This document shows positions 1 through 9,800 of a stretch of 58,524 nt of DNA, piece by piece. The notes below the pieces were generated by a model. It did no database searches. It was given only the letters and a program-made list of their open reading frames with translations, and was not told where the DNA came from. The DNA comes from Bacteroidia bacterium (GTDB lineage: Bacteria; Bacteroidota; Bacteroidia; M30B66): contig JBBEBC010000153.1 in the NCBI GenBank assembly GCA_040882555.1, positions 1 through 58,524 on the forward strand, given 5' to 3'. The number at the start of each line of letters is the position of its first letter. The first letter of the stretch is position 1. The position numbers were made by a program, and so were the translations under genes.

Positions 1-2
1 CC

Positions 3-860
3 TTCAACTTCCTTTCACCCGAAATAGAGTTTTACATTCTTTTCATAAGTCGTAATCTTAATGAGGATCAAGTTGTTGAAGCTTTCAATACAGGAAATTC
101 AGATGTTGAACCAGCATTATTGAAATTCTCACGTATTTGGATTTACTCTAAATCAGGTAATTCTACTAAGGTAATTTCAGAAATAAATTCACTAAAAGAA
201 TCAATTCAAGGCTTTAATTTTTGTTACTTGGATTACTTGAAAGGTGAGGCTGAGTTGAATCAACTTAAAAACCCATCTAAAAGCCTTTATTCTTTCTTAA
301 ATTGTACGAAAGGCAATGCCTTTGTAAAATCAGCCTATAGACGTTTAGCATGGTATGCATTATTGCAAAATAAACCAACTAACTATTATTCTTTCTTAGC
401 TAAGGCTCGAACGTCCGGATCTACATACCTTGAAGACGACAAACAAGCGAATGAAGAGTCTGAATTGGGAAAGGTCCCGAACTTATACTTACTGAAAGCC
501 CGATTGCTATTTGATGGAGGAGATTACGAATTTGCCTTAACAGAGCTTTCAAATGGTTTGCCTAATTATATTACCGAAATTGATTTTACTGAATACTATT
601 ATAGAAAGGGAAGGTGTTATCAAGCGATGAATAAGGAATTGCAATCAGTACCAGAATTTAATCAGACCATTAAAAAAGGAAAAAATTTAAATGCATATTT
701 TGCTGCTTCAGCTGCCTACAATTTAGGAATTATCAAAAAGAATAGCGGGCAAATCGACTCTGCACGCTTTTTTTTGAAAATGGTTGAAAATTTTCCAAAG
801 CACGCTTATACATCAAGTCTATCGATGAAAGCTGCTGGTATACTGAATTCACTTCCTTAG
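3..860 (+). CDS. TPR-repeat protein, 5'-truncated by the window edge
   Basis: The frame is open from position 3 (FNFLSPEIEF...), upstream of the tracked TTG at 120. TPR-like helices: YLLKARLLFDGGDYEFAL, YYYRKGRCYQAM, SAAYNLGII. Confidence 0.7.
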   Translation, partial: FNFLSPEIEFYILFISRNLNEDQVVEAFNTGNSDVEPALLKFSRIWIYSKSGNSTKVISEINSLKESIQGFNFCYLDYLKGEAELNQLKNPSKSLYSFLNCTKGNAFVKSAYRRLAWYALLQNKPTNYYSFLAKARTSGSTYLEDDKQANEESELGKVPNLYLLKARLLFDGGDYEFALTELSNGLPNYITEIDFTEYYYRKGRCYQAMNKELQSVPEFNQTIKKGKNLNAYFAASAAYNLGIIKKNSGQIDSARFFLKMVENFPKHAYTSSLSMKAAGILNSLP

Positions 861-2314
861 AACCTTGTCCCCATACTTACTATCAACTGATGCTTCTGAA
901 GATTCAATATAGCAGGTTGGATATCAGCTATATTTGGATTGTTGTATGGATAGTAGTTCTTTTCTTGGATTGATAACACGTAAGCTAAATCAATATAGAA
1001 ATCATTTACTCTGTAACCTCCACCTAAAGAAAACATTTTAATGGCTTGATTATTTGTATTTGAGTTGTAAGGGTTTCCAAGCAGTTGAAATCCAGCTCTT
1101 GCATATAAATCATCAAATCTAGCTTCGCCTCCAATTCTTAGATTTCCTGTATTTGTAAGTCTTGTCCGCATAACGTCATTCGTATTATCGAATAAACCAG
1201 AGTCGTCAATTAGCCTATTCTTACTGTAGTTTACTGTCTCATAATCAACTGAAACTAGTCCTTTTTTACCAAGAATAAATGCTGCGCTACCAGTAAAACG
1301 ACTGGGCAATCTTAACTTATATTTAAAAGTGCCAGGAAATTCTGAGCTATATTGTCCACTGCTTAAATCTGAATTTATTGAATAATTATAGTCAGTGTTA
1401 ACAGTGTAATCTAAAGGCACAAAAGCTGAAGCTCCGAGCCTAACATGATCATTCACTCGATAAATAATACCACCTCTAAAAGCTACCGCTGTCGCTCTGT
1501 CGCTTAGGGTGTTAGTATAAGTGAATGAGTTAAACGAAGCAATTGAATCAGCATCGTCCCTTTCAGTGTAAGTAAAATCTCTTTCGAAAATTATTCTTCT
1601 AATGGACAATCCCGCTCCAATATAAAATCGATTGCTATGATTTGCTGCAAAAGAGATAGATGTTTCACCAATACGACCTCGACTATCCATTGTGCCTCTT
1701 TGAGTAACATCACCTCCTGCTGGACCAAGCAAACTTGTATATCCTATATTACCGCTAGAATCAGTAACAGGATCAATCAAAAATGTTTGGTAGGCTACAA
1801 ATTGATCAGGAGCTGACAATTGATCTGGTTGTATTCCATTTGCTGATTGAGCAATGGCATCAACTAGAGAACTGTTTGGATTAAAACCTCTAAACGTCCA
1901 GCGTTCTCCTAAATTTGATGTTTTATTATAGCCTATTGCCAGGGTAGAACCCATCCAACCTGTTTTCTTTAATCTGTTAACTGTAGGATAGTGAATTACT
2001 AAATGCAGATTTTGAATATTAAAATTGAATTTTCGGTCGTCTTCGCCAGAACCATAAAAATCGCTAGAAGTCGAACTATTGAATAAAGATAGTGATCCTG
2101 CAAATTCTGACTGCCTAAATAGGCCTAAACCAGCTGGATTTGTTACGGCATTAGAAAAATCGCCTCCTACTGCTCCGGTGGCGCCGCCCATGCCCATGGA
2201 AAGAGCTGTTCCGCCTGAATTTGTTTGAGAATACCTTACAGCATCATCTATCGATTGTGCCATAATAAATGGAGCAATGAAAATCATTGCTCCTGTGATT
2301 AATAAATTTCTCAT
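857..2314 (-). CDS. Outer-membrane beta-barrel, OmpP1/FadL-like family
   Basis: Signal peptide ending MAQ; N-terminal GTALSMGMGGA...GGDFS..TNPAGLG motif; C-terminal Phe (GTRF). ATG at 2314 preferred over TTG at 2320. Confidence 0.8.
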   Translation of the reverse strand: MRNLLITGAMIFIAPFIMAQSIDDAVRYSQTNSGGTALSMGMGGATGAVGGDFSNAVTNPAGLGLFRQSEFAGSLSLFNSSTSSDFYGSGEDDRKFNFNIQNLHLVIHYPTVNRLKKTGWMGSTLAIGYNKTSNLGERWTFRGFNPNSSLVDAIAQSANGIQPDQLSAPDQFVAYQTFLIDPVTDSSGNIGYTSLLGPAGGDVTQRGTMDSRGRIGETSISFAANHSNRFYIGAGLSIRRIIFERDFTYTERDDADSIASFNSFTYTNTLSDRATAVAFRGGIIYRVNDHVRLGASAFVPLDYTVNTDYNYSINSDLSSGQYSSEFPGTFKYKLRLPSRFTGSAAFILGKKGLVSVDYETVNYSKNRLIDDSGLFDNTNDVMRTRLTNTGNLRIGGEARFDDLYARAGFQLLGNPYNSNTNNQAIKMFSLGGGYRVNDFYIDLAYVLSIQEKNYYPYNNPNIADIQPAILNLQKHQLIVSMGTRF

Positions 2315-2326
2315 AATCAAGATTAT

Positions 2327-4546
2327 TTACTTTCTTCTAGGTGAGGAAGTTTTTCCACCACTAGAATTCATATTCGAACCACCCGAAGATCTCATACTCG
2401 GACTGCTACTCGGACGAGACGGCGCTGAAAATGAACGATTGGAATTGCTTCTAGCTGGAGCGGAATATCGGCTTGGCGAACTTGAATTGCTCGGAGTCTG
2501 ATATGAATTCCTTGGAGACTTAGGAGCAGGTGCTTGATATTGTCTGCTAGGAGCGCTTTGACTCGGCGCTTGATATTGACGGCTCGGTGTATTTTGTCTA
2601 GGAGCAACATACCTTTGATTATTCTGAGCTGGAGCTGTTTGTTTCGGAGCTTCATATCTTTGATAATTCTGGGCTGGAGCACTTTGCTTTGGAGCCTGAT
2701 ATCTTTGATAGTTTTGAGCTGGAGCACTTTGCTTTGGAGCTACATATCTTTGATAATTCTGATCTGGAGTCGCTTGTTTAGGCGACTCAAATCTCTGGTT
2801 ATTTTGAGCTGGAGCAGCTTGTTTCGGTGCTTCAAATTTCTGATAATTCTGCGCAGGTGCGGTAGATCTTGAGGGCTGGCTTGAATTTCCTCCTTTATTG
2901 TAAGATGAACTCGAGCCATTATTCAGATTATTGCTTCTAACACCATTATTATAGTCATAGTTTGGCGTATATGGTTGTGCTTTACCAGGATTATCTGATC
3001 CTCTAACAGAATTGTTATTAGTCACATTAGAAGGAGAAGAGGGATTAACAGCATTATCAAATTGCTTGGGATCAATATTCGCCGGCCTGTTAACAACTGG
3101 ACTGTTTTCTCTCACTGCCTGCGAGCCTTTAACCGGAGTACTTGAATAATTATTTGCAACATTGTTTGTTTTACCTTGGTTAATCAAATCCTGCTTTCCA
3201 GTTTGATTGTTTACGTTTGCATTTGTAATAACTGAATTTGGCGCTTGATTAGAATTGTTTCCTTTAACAATTGTCGGGTTAGAACTAATTGTTTGAGATT
3301 GAGTAGTACCATTTTGACCTTTAACTTGATTCACATTTGAATCAGAATTTGAAGGATTTGCAATCTGAGTTGAACCATTTCCTTTTACAGCATTATTGTT
3401 CTGAATTTGAGCTGCACCTTCTCCTTTTGAATTACTTGTTGTTGGAGAGCTAATTTGAGGAGTTGCATTTTGACCTTTTCCATTAGTAGTGGTTGCTGGT
3501 TGAATTTGAGTGTTTTTTGAATCGGCCGCATTTACCGGCGAAATACTTGTATTGCCGCCTTTTACCTGATTTTGAGAGTTAGTGCCTTGAGAAATTTTGG
3601 TATCGTTGTCAGCATGCATTGCAGAAACTGTCTGTCCAATCTCTTTAGAGAAGGTATTTGATAGGTTGTTGGAGGTTTTGTAACTGCTTCCACCACCTGC
3701 TCCAGAACTATTGACTCCGTAGTTATTTACAATATTATTTGTATTATAGTTGTATGTGTTGTTGTCAAAACTATTGTAATACAAACCATTATTTCCCATA
3801 GAGTTTTGCATGAGTGCATTAGAATAACCCATCATATAACCGTTGTTCCATGAATTGAAACCCCAAGGATGGTTATTTACCCATGGATTGAAACCAAATG
3901 GAGAACCCCATGGACTGTAACCCCAAGAATTCCACCTCCAAGGATTATTGAATCCCATATATGGGTTACCCCAACCCATATTAAAGCCAATGTTAAAGCC
4001 TGTAAATGAATTCCAGCCTATGTTGAGACCTGGACCTCCTCCCCAATTATTAAAACCCCATGGAACATAAGGATTGAAAAACCCATAACTTGAATAGATG
4101 CTATTCCCGAATAGAAATGGATTTGGATTATAGAAATAGGTGTTTGTAAAAAATGGATCATAGTATCCGAAACTTGCTGTATTTCTGTGAAATCTTCGAA
4201 TTCGAGATGCATACATATAATCATAATAATTATCCATATCAAATCCGCCACCATTATAGTTGTTGATTATTGTGGTGCCATCATTTGAAGAATAATCATT
4301 TGGATCGGTAATTCTTTGATAATTGTCATTATCGTTAGGGACATTTTGATTATTCAAATTATCAGTATCTGCAAAAGCTGATGACCGGGAAGTAGATAAT
4401 TTTCTAGCTGCTCTTTGTTCTTTTTTCGCATCACGAAGTGAATAATAACGATCATCCGGTTCTGTTACAATGCCCGGTTGGTAAGTGCTGCAGGAGCTGC
4501 CGAATGAAATCAACAGGACTCCTAATATGGAATGGATAAGTTTCAT
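2327..4546 (-). CDS. Low-complexity, repeat-containing predicted lipoprotein (~739 aa)
   Basis: Start re-assigned to ATG 4546 (MKLIHSILGVLLISFGSSC, lipobox). The tracked 4813 start would overlap proS. Y/W/G/N-rich region followed by N/Q/S/P-rich region. Confidence 0.75.
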   Translation of the reverse strand: MKLIHSILGVLLISFGSSCSTYQPGIVTEPDDRYYSLRDAKKEQRAARKLSTSRSSAFADTDNLNNQNVPNDNDNYQRITDPNDYSSNDGTTIINNYNGGGFDMDNYYDYMYASRIRRFHRNTASFGYYDPFFTNTYFYNPNPFLFGNSIYSSYGFFNPYVPWGFNNWGGGPGLNIGWNSFTGFNIGFNMGWGNPYMGFNNPWRWNSWGYSPWGSPFGFNPWVNNHPWGFNSWNNGYMMGYSNALMQNSMGNNGLYYNSFDNNTYNYNTNNIVNNYGVNSSGAGGGSSYKTSNNLSNTFSKEIGQTVSAMHADNDTKISQGTNSQNQVKGGNTSISPVNAADSKNTQIQPATTTNGKGQNATPQISSPTTSNSKGEGAAQIQNNNAVKGNGSTQIANPSNSDSNVNQVKGQNGTTQSQTISSNPTIVKGNNSNQAPNSVITNANVNNQTGKQDLINQGKTNNVANNYSSTPVKGSQAVRENSPVVNRPANIDPKQFDNAVNPSSPSNVTNNNSVRGSDNPGKAQPYTPNYDYNNGVRSNNLNNGSSSSYNKGGNSSQPSRSTAPAQNYQKFEAPKQAAPAQNNQRFESPKQATPDQNYQRYVAPKQSAPAQNYQRYQAPKQSAPAQNYQRYEAPKQTAPAQNNQRYVAPRQNTPSRQYQAPSQSAPSRQYQAPAPKSPRNSYQTPSNSSSPSRYSAPARSNSNRSFSAPSRPSSSPSMRSSGGSNMNSSGGKTSSPRRK
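2530..2860 (-). repeat. Intragenic tandem repeat: 6 x 45 bp (QNYQRYxAPKQxAPA) plus about 2 shorter RQYQAP units
   Basis: Recurring tgataattctg...gctggagcactttgctttggagc blocks; the 15-aa period is visible in the translation. Confidence 0.9.
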
Positions 4547-4605
4547 AGAACCTGATATTAAATGTGTAGAGCTGTTCATGTCAATGCGTAGCTTTGTGCT
4601 TTTAT

Positions 4606-4613
4606 TATTTTTG
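4606..4613 (+). promoter_or_regulatory. Bacteroidota sigma-A -7 element (TAnnTTTG) upstream of proS
   Basis: TATTTTTG ending 47 nt before the proS ATG. A second match, TAGCTTTG, lies at 4589-4596. Confidence 0.5.
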
Positions 4614-4660
4614 CTGCTACTGAGTTGAAAAGGCAAATACCATACCACATCATAAACATT

Positions 4661-6136
4661 ATGAGTAAAGAACATACAAGTCGCGAAGAGAATTATTCTC
4701 AATGGTACAATGACATAGTTATAAAGGCCGATTTGGCTGAGAATTCGGCTGTGAGAGGTTGCATGGTTATTAAACCATATGGATATGCTATTTGGGAAAA
4801 AATACAAAGGCAATTAGATGATATGTTCAAGGAAACTGGGCATGTTAATGCCTATTTTCCATTATTTATACCAAAATCTTTTCTTAGCAAGGAAGCTGCT
4901 CATATTGAAGGTTTTGCAAAGGAATGTGCGGTTGTTACTCATTACCGATTAAAGAATGATGAGTCAGGTAAAGGTGTGATTGTAGATCCAGATGCAAAAC
5001 TTGAAGAGGAACTAATTATCCGACCTACGTCTGAAACCATTATTTGGAATACATATAAAGGATGGATTCAATCATATAGAGATTTACCCTTGCTTGTGAA
5101 TCAATGGGCGAATGTGGTTCGATGGGAAATGAGAACAAGGTTATTCCTTAGAACTGCTGAATTTCTTTGGCAAGAGGGACATACTGCGCATGCAACTTCT
5201 GAAGAAGCAATTTTGGAAACTAGGAAAATGTTGGATGTGTATGCAGAATTTGCTGAAGAATACATGGCAATGCCAGTTATAAAAGGAGTGAAAACAGCTA
5301 ATGAGCGTTTTGCCGGAGCAATTGATACTTATTGTATTGAAGCAATGATGCAGGACGGAAAAGCTCTTCAAGCTGGAACATCTCACTTTTTAGGACAGAA
5401 TTTCGCGAAAGCCTTCGATGTCAAGTTCACAGGTAAAGATGGAAAACTAGAATATGTCTGGGCAACATCATGGGGGGTTTCAACTCGATTAATGGGAGCT
5501 TTGATAATGACTCATTCTGACGATAAAGGTCTCGTACTTCCTCCAAAACTTGCTCCTTTTCAAGTTGTAATAGTACCTATATACAAAGGTGATGATGAAT
5601 TCAGGACTGTGCTTGAATTTTCTGAAAATATCAAGAAAGAGTTAAAGAAAAAGAATATCAGTGTTAAGATAGATGATCGTGACACTTACAAGCCGGGGTT
5701 CAAGTTTGCAGAGCATGAATATAGAGGCGTCCCTGTAAGGATTGCTGTTGGTCCAAGAGACGTTGCAAACTCTACTGTCGAAGTGGCAAGGCGGGATACA
5801 TTGGAAAAGGAGACACTTCAGGTTATCGATTTACCTAGTAAAATAGGTCATCTCCTAGAACAAATTCAAAAGAATTTATTTGATAAAGCTTTAGAGCGTA
5901 GAGAACAACAAACGCATGTTGCAAATTCATGGGATGAGTTCTGTGCTTTACTAGATGAACCAGGGGGCTTCATTTATGCGCATTGGGACGGAACGCCTGA
6001 AACCGAGGAGAAAATTAAAGAATTAACGAAGGCAACGATCAGATGTATTCCTTTAAACAGCAAAAAGGAAGACGGACAATGTGTATATTCGGGCAGACCT
6101 TCAAAGGAAAGAGTTTTATTTGCTAGAGCTTATTAA
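4661..6136 (+). CDS. proS: Proline--tRNA ligase (archaeal/eukaryotic-like type)
   Basis: [54 protein letters not shown] and C-terminal FARAY. ATG at 4661. Confidence 0.97.
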   Translation: MSKEHTSREENYSQWYNDIVIKADLAENSAVRGCMVIKPYGYAIWEKIQRQLDDMFKETGHVNAYFPLFIPKSFLSKEAAHIEGFAKECAVVTHYRLKNDESGKGVIVDPDAKLEEELIIRPTSETIIWNTYKGWIQSYRDLPLLVNQWANVVRWEMRTRLFLRTAEFLWQEGHTAHATSEEAILETRKMLDVYAEFAEEYMAMPVIKGVKTANERFAGAIDTYCIEAMMQDGKALQAGTSHFLGQNFAKAFDVKFTGKDGKLEYVWATSWGVSTRLMGALIMTHSDDKGLVLPPKLAPFQVVIVPIYKGDDEFRTVLEFSENIKKELKKKNISVKIDDRDTYKPGFKFAEHEYRGVPVRIAVGPRDVANSTVEVARRDTLEKETLQVIDLPSKIGHLLEQIQKNLFDKALERREQQTHVANSWDEFCALLDEPGGFIYAHWDGTPETEEKIKELTKATIRCIPLNSKKEDGQCVYSGRPSKERVLFARAY

Positions 6137-6147
6137 AATAAATTAGA

Positions 6148-6834
6148 ATGTCAAATGCCGAACAATTAATTTTAGAAACTTTAAAGGAGAAAGCTTCTCT
6201 TAAACTGAGCATTCATAAATTGACTGAAGAAGTATTTCAGGAGTTTAAAACAGTTTTAAAGGAAATTAAAGATCATTTAAAGGAAGAAGCTCATAAAATT
6301 GATGATCGACTTCAAATCGAATATCACGAGAATTCACCCTTCTCGATTCAGATTAGAGTAGCTGGAGATGTATTAGTTTTTGAAATGCATTCAAATGTGT
6401 TCTTCTTCGACTCTAGCCATGATATTTGGAATCTCTCATACGTTCGGGATGATCAATCAAGAGCTTTTTGTGGATTAATTAACGTGTATAATTTTCTTGC
6501 CGACTCTATTCAATTCAGAAGATCAAATGATGTTGGTTACTTAGTTGGTAGAGTATTTATTAATAAGGATAGGCACTTTATGATGGAAGGAAAACGCCAA
6601 ATGGGTTTCCTTTATAATAATTTTTCAACGGAGGAGCTGAATCCCAGAAGCATAAAGGAAGTAATCTATTCTGCGGTGCTTTACTGTTTGAATTTTGATT
6701 TACTCACTCCTCCATATGAAACGGTTCAGGAAACTACTTTCAGTCAAATCACGGAGAATGCTCAAACAATAAAAGCTATTACTGGAAAGAGACTTGGATT
6801 TAGGTTTCACAAAGATGAAGACCAGATTACATAA
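6148..6834 (+). CDS. Hypothetical cytoplasmic protein, probably co-transcribed with proS
   Basis: 228-aa ORF 11 bp after the proS stop; ordinary globular composition; no motif recognised. Confidence 0.75.
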   Translation: MSNAEQLILETLKEKASLKLSIHKLTEEVFQEFKTVLKEIKDHLKEEAHKIDDRLQIEYHENSPFSIQIRVAGDVLVFEMHSNVFFFDSSHDIWNLSYVRDDQSRAFCGLINVYNFLADSIQFRRSNDVGYLVGRVFINKDRHFMMEGKRQMGFLYNNFSTEELNPRSIKEVIYSAVLYCLNFDLLTPPYETVQETTFSQITENAQTIKAITGKRLGFRFHKDEDQIT

Positions 6835-6838
6835 AAAA

Positions 6839-6870
6839 GCACTAGAACCAATTGAACTTGGCTCTAGTGC
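6839..6870. terminator. Intrinsic terminator hairpin between convergent genes
   Basis: GCACTAGAACCAA-ttgaac-TTGGCTCTAGTGC (one mismatch), preceded by an A-run that gives a U-tract on the minus strand. Confidence 0.75.
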
Positions 6871-6888
6871 TCTTGAATTTATGAAGCT

Positions 6889-9800
6889 TTATCGCTTAAT
6901 AATTGAGCGAGCTCCTGATATTTCAATTTTTTTGTTGCTAGTCACATTCAAATGATAGGCACCTGAAGGAAGATCTACTATATCTAAACGTATGGTATTA
7001 GAGCCTTTCGTTAGTCTAGCTTGCTTAGAGAAAAGAATTTGTCCGCTCGTTGAGAACAATGTCAGTTGAGTTTCCATTTCTTCTGAAGCAGTAATCGAAA
7101 CATTTACAAAATCTACAGCTGGGTTTGGTGAAATGCTTAGTTCATTACTCAAGCTTTGCTCACAGTTGATGTAGATAGGGTCAAAAGTTTCTGAGTTTCC
7201 GTTAAAATCAACTTGGGTCAATCGGTAATAACTTCCACCTGCATATTTACTACTTATTGATTCGCTGTAGTTTTTCTGTGTTGTGCTATTACCGGCTCCA
7301 GTGATGGTTTTAACCATGCTCCAGCTCTTTGCATCTTCACTTTCTTCAAGGAAGAACATTTTATTATTAGATTCTGAAGCAGTTGACCATTCAACCGTAA
7401 TCATTGAGCCATTGCAAGTTCCATCGAAGTTAATCAAGGTAATTGGTAAAGCGTTATTATCTCTAGACCCAGCTGTCCAAGTAGAGAATTCTGAAATATT
7501 AGTTTTAACTATTTGATTATTTGCAGCGTCTAGAGTAGCCCATTGTACATTCCAATAAGCTCCGTCAAATCTCCATAAATCAAGTTCTGTTTCAACAATT
7601 GAGCCCATATTCGTTGCTAATTCATCTTCAAAATAATTGAATTTCATAGTTGCATTAAGGGATGAATTATTAGTAGGATGGATTTCATAAAATCTGTCAA
7701 TACCAAACCCTGCATTGAAAACTCGTTGTTGGTGTCCTCTTGTAATATCTGTTAATCCAAGATTTGATGAGCTAGTTAAAGAGAGGCCTAATCCAGCAAC
7801 ATCTAAATCATTGATATTATTTAAAGTTCGCTGAGCTACGATTGAACCAGAAAGGCCATATACTTTATTTTGAGCTGTTTCACCAGATAGTGAACCTGTT
7901 GTTCCGAAGTTGATAGTTTGACCATTAAGGTTCAGATCTCCCATATTCATTGAAAGTGAACCAACAACATTCATGTCAGCACTCAACAAAAGCTCAAGAT
8001 TATTAGCTGTTTTATTTAAACTAACATTCTCGAATGTTGTTAAGTTACCGCTTATTTTACCAGATTGAGGTCCACCAAATACGATAGGTCTTTGATTAAT
8101 ATTTAACTGACCTTGAATATTTATAACTCTTTGGAAATCAGCACTTGATCCATTATCAAATGATAGAATAGCTCCTGAAGCAATTTCGATATTGGTACCA
8201 ACGATTAACGAACCTGTTAACACTGCGCTAGCTCCATTTACTAAAACTGTTCCTGCTCCACTGAAAGTTGAATTATTTGAATTGATATTACCAGTGATAC
8301 TTAGGTTATGAGAAGAAGGAATTGATACAATAACACCTGAACTCATATTGATATTTCGGCAGTTTCCATTTGACCCAATTGAAATGTTTGGCTGATTGGT
8401 TACTAATCCAATAATAATATCATCTGTTGAACTTGGTACCAAATTAGGCTGCCAGTTTGAAGCGAGATTCCAGTTGGTGTTTACATTTCCTGTCCAAATA
8501 ATACCATTCAAAGGCTCACCTAGCTGGAATACCCCGAAGGCAGTCATGCCTCCAACAGCAAGATAAGTTGGATAATTTGTGACGTTTGTTTCAAGATTCC
8601 AGATTCCACTTAATAAACGAGAAACTGATAATGTTGCTGTGTTTGCTGAAGGATCTAAATCCGAAGCGTTGAAATTAAACTCAGCAGCATAAGAACTCAA
8701 ACCAATAATAGAAACAGGAGTTAAGGTCCAAGTTCTATTGCACGATTTATTGGCATCAAGACCACTTAAGTACATTGAAGGATGATCTCCAGCATCGGTT
8801 CGTGCAGTAATGTTTCCACCTGCTATAATACTTCCGTTAAAGATTAAGTTTACAGGAGCATACCTAGCATCATCTCCGACTTCAAATAGTTTGTTTATTG
8901 CTCCAGCTTCAATACCTTTTTTAAGATTTCCATTTACGTAGCTATTGCTTGAGCCACCAATTACATTTCCATTAAAGCTAATTACAATTTCATTCGAATT
9001 AGTTTTTATAATTCCTGAGTTCAACTCCAATACTGTAACGTATGTGGTTGCATTGAGCAGCTTTATTCCTCCTCCTTGAATTATCAATTTAGTAAAACCA
9101 GTTGCTCCTGAAATTTCTTGGTTTAATCCTGTTAAAATAACCTCACCGCTGCCTCCTGCTGTAAAGCCTGGAAGCCCCATTTGATTTGTCCAATTTCCTT
9201 TAAGAGAAATTTTCCTGTTTACGGTACTTACATTTCCTGCTATGATGCTTAAATTACCGTTTACCTGAAGATCTTGATTTGGAAGATTTTTTTGGCCGCT
9301 TCCGCTGAACATTAAATTATTATAAGTAGCTTGAGAGGGCATTGTAGCCGCTGAATTTGCTTGGTATTCAAATGTACCTCCACCAGAAGTGTTAAACAAT
9401 GCAAAGTCTCCTCCAGGGAACAACATTGATGTGCTTGCAGTGGGCGTCACTCTAACTAATCCTGTACCTGAAACAACTCCGAAATTGTGCCCAAAGGTAT
9501 TTCCAAGTATTAGATTTCCATTGAGAATTGAAGTTGGGGCGCTTTTTCCATTATCAGTTACAGTAATAGTATGTCCAGGGGCAATTACTATGTTTTTACC
9601 AACTGGAGCAATTACTGCTGCAGGTCCATCGTGTTGCAATACAACATCTGTTGACCAAGAATTAATATCATTCCAATTACCTCCAGAAGTGGCGTTGCGA
9701 CTAAAATATGTTTGAATAATTCCAAATTCCGAAGACTCTCCAGCTGTGAAATCACCATTTATATAGTTTACATTACTTAGAGTGATTTTGTCTTGAGCCG

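Noticed and set aside
2277-2872. Short ORFs 2277-2501, 2392-2727 and 2534-2872 with periodic sequence
   Set aside because: They are alternate-frame or antisense shadows of the 45-bp repeat in the lipoprotein gene.
4547-4813. Tracked N-terminal extensions of the 828-aa ORF and of proS (4625), which imply a head-to-head overlap
   Set aside because: Better starts at 4546 (lipobox) and 4661 remove the overlap and leave a normal divergent promoter gap.
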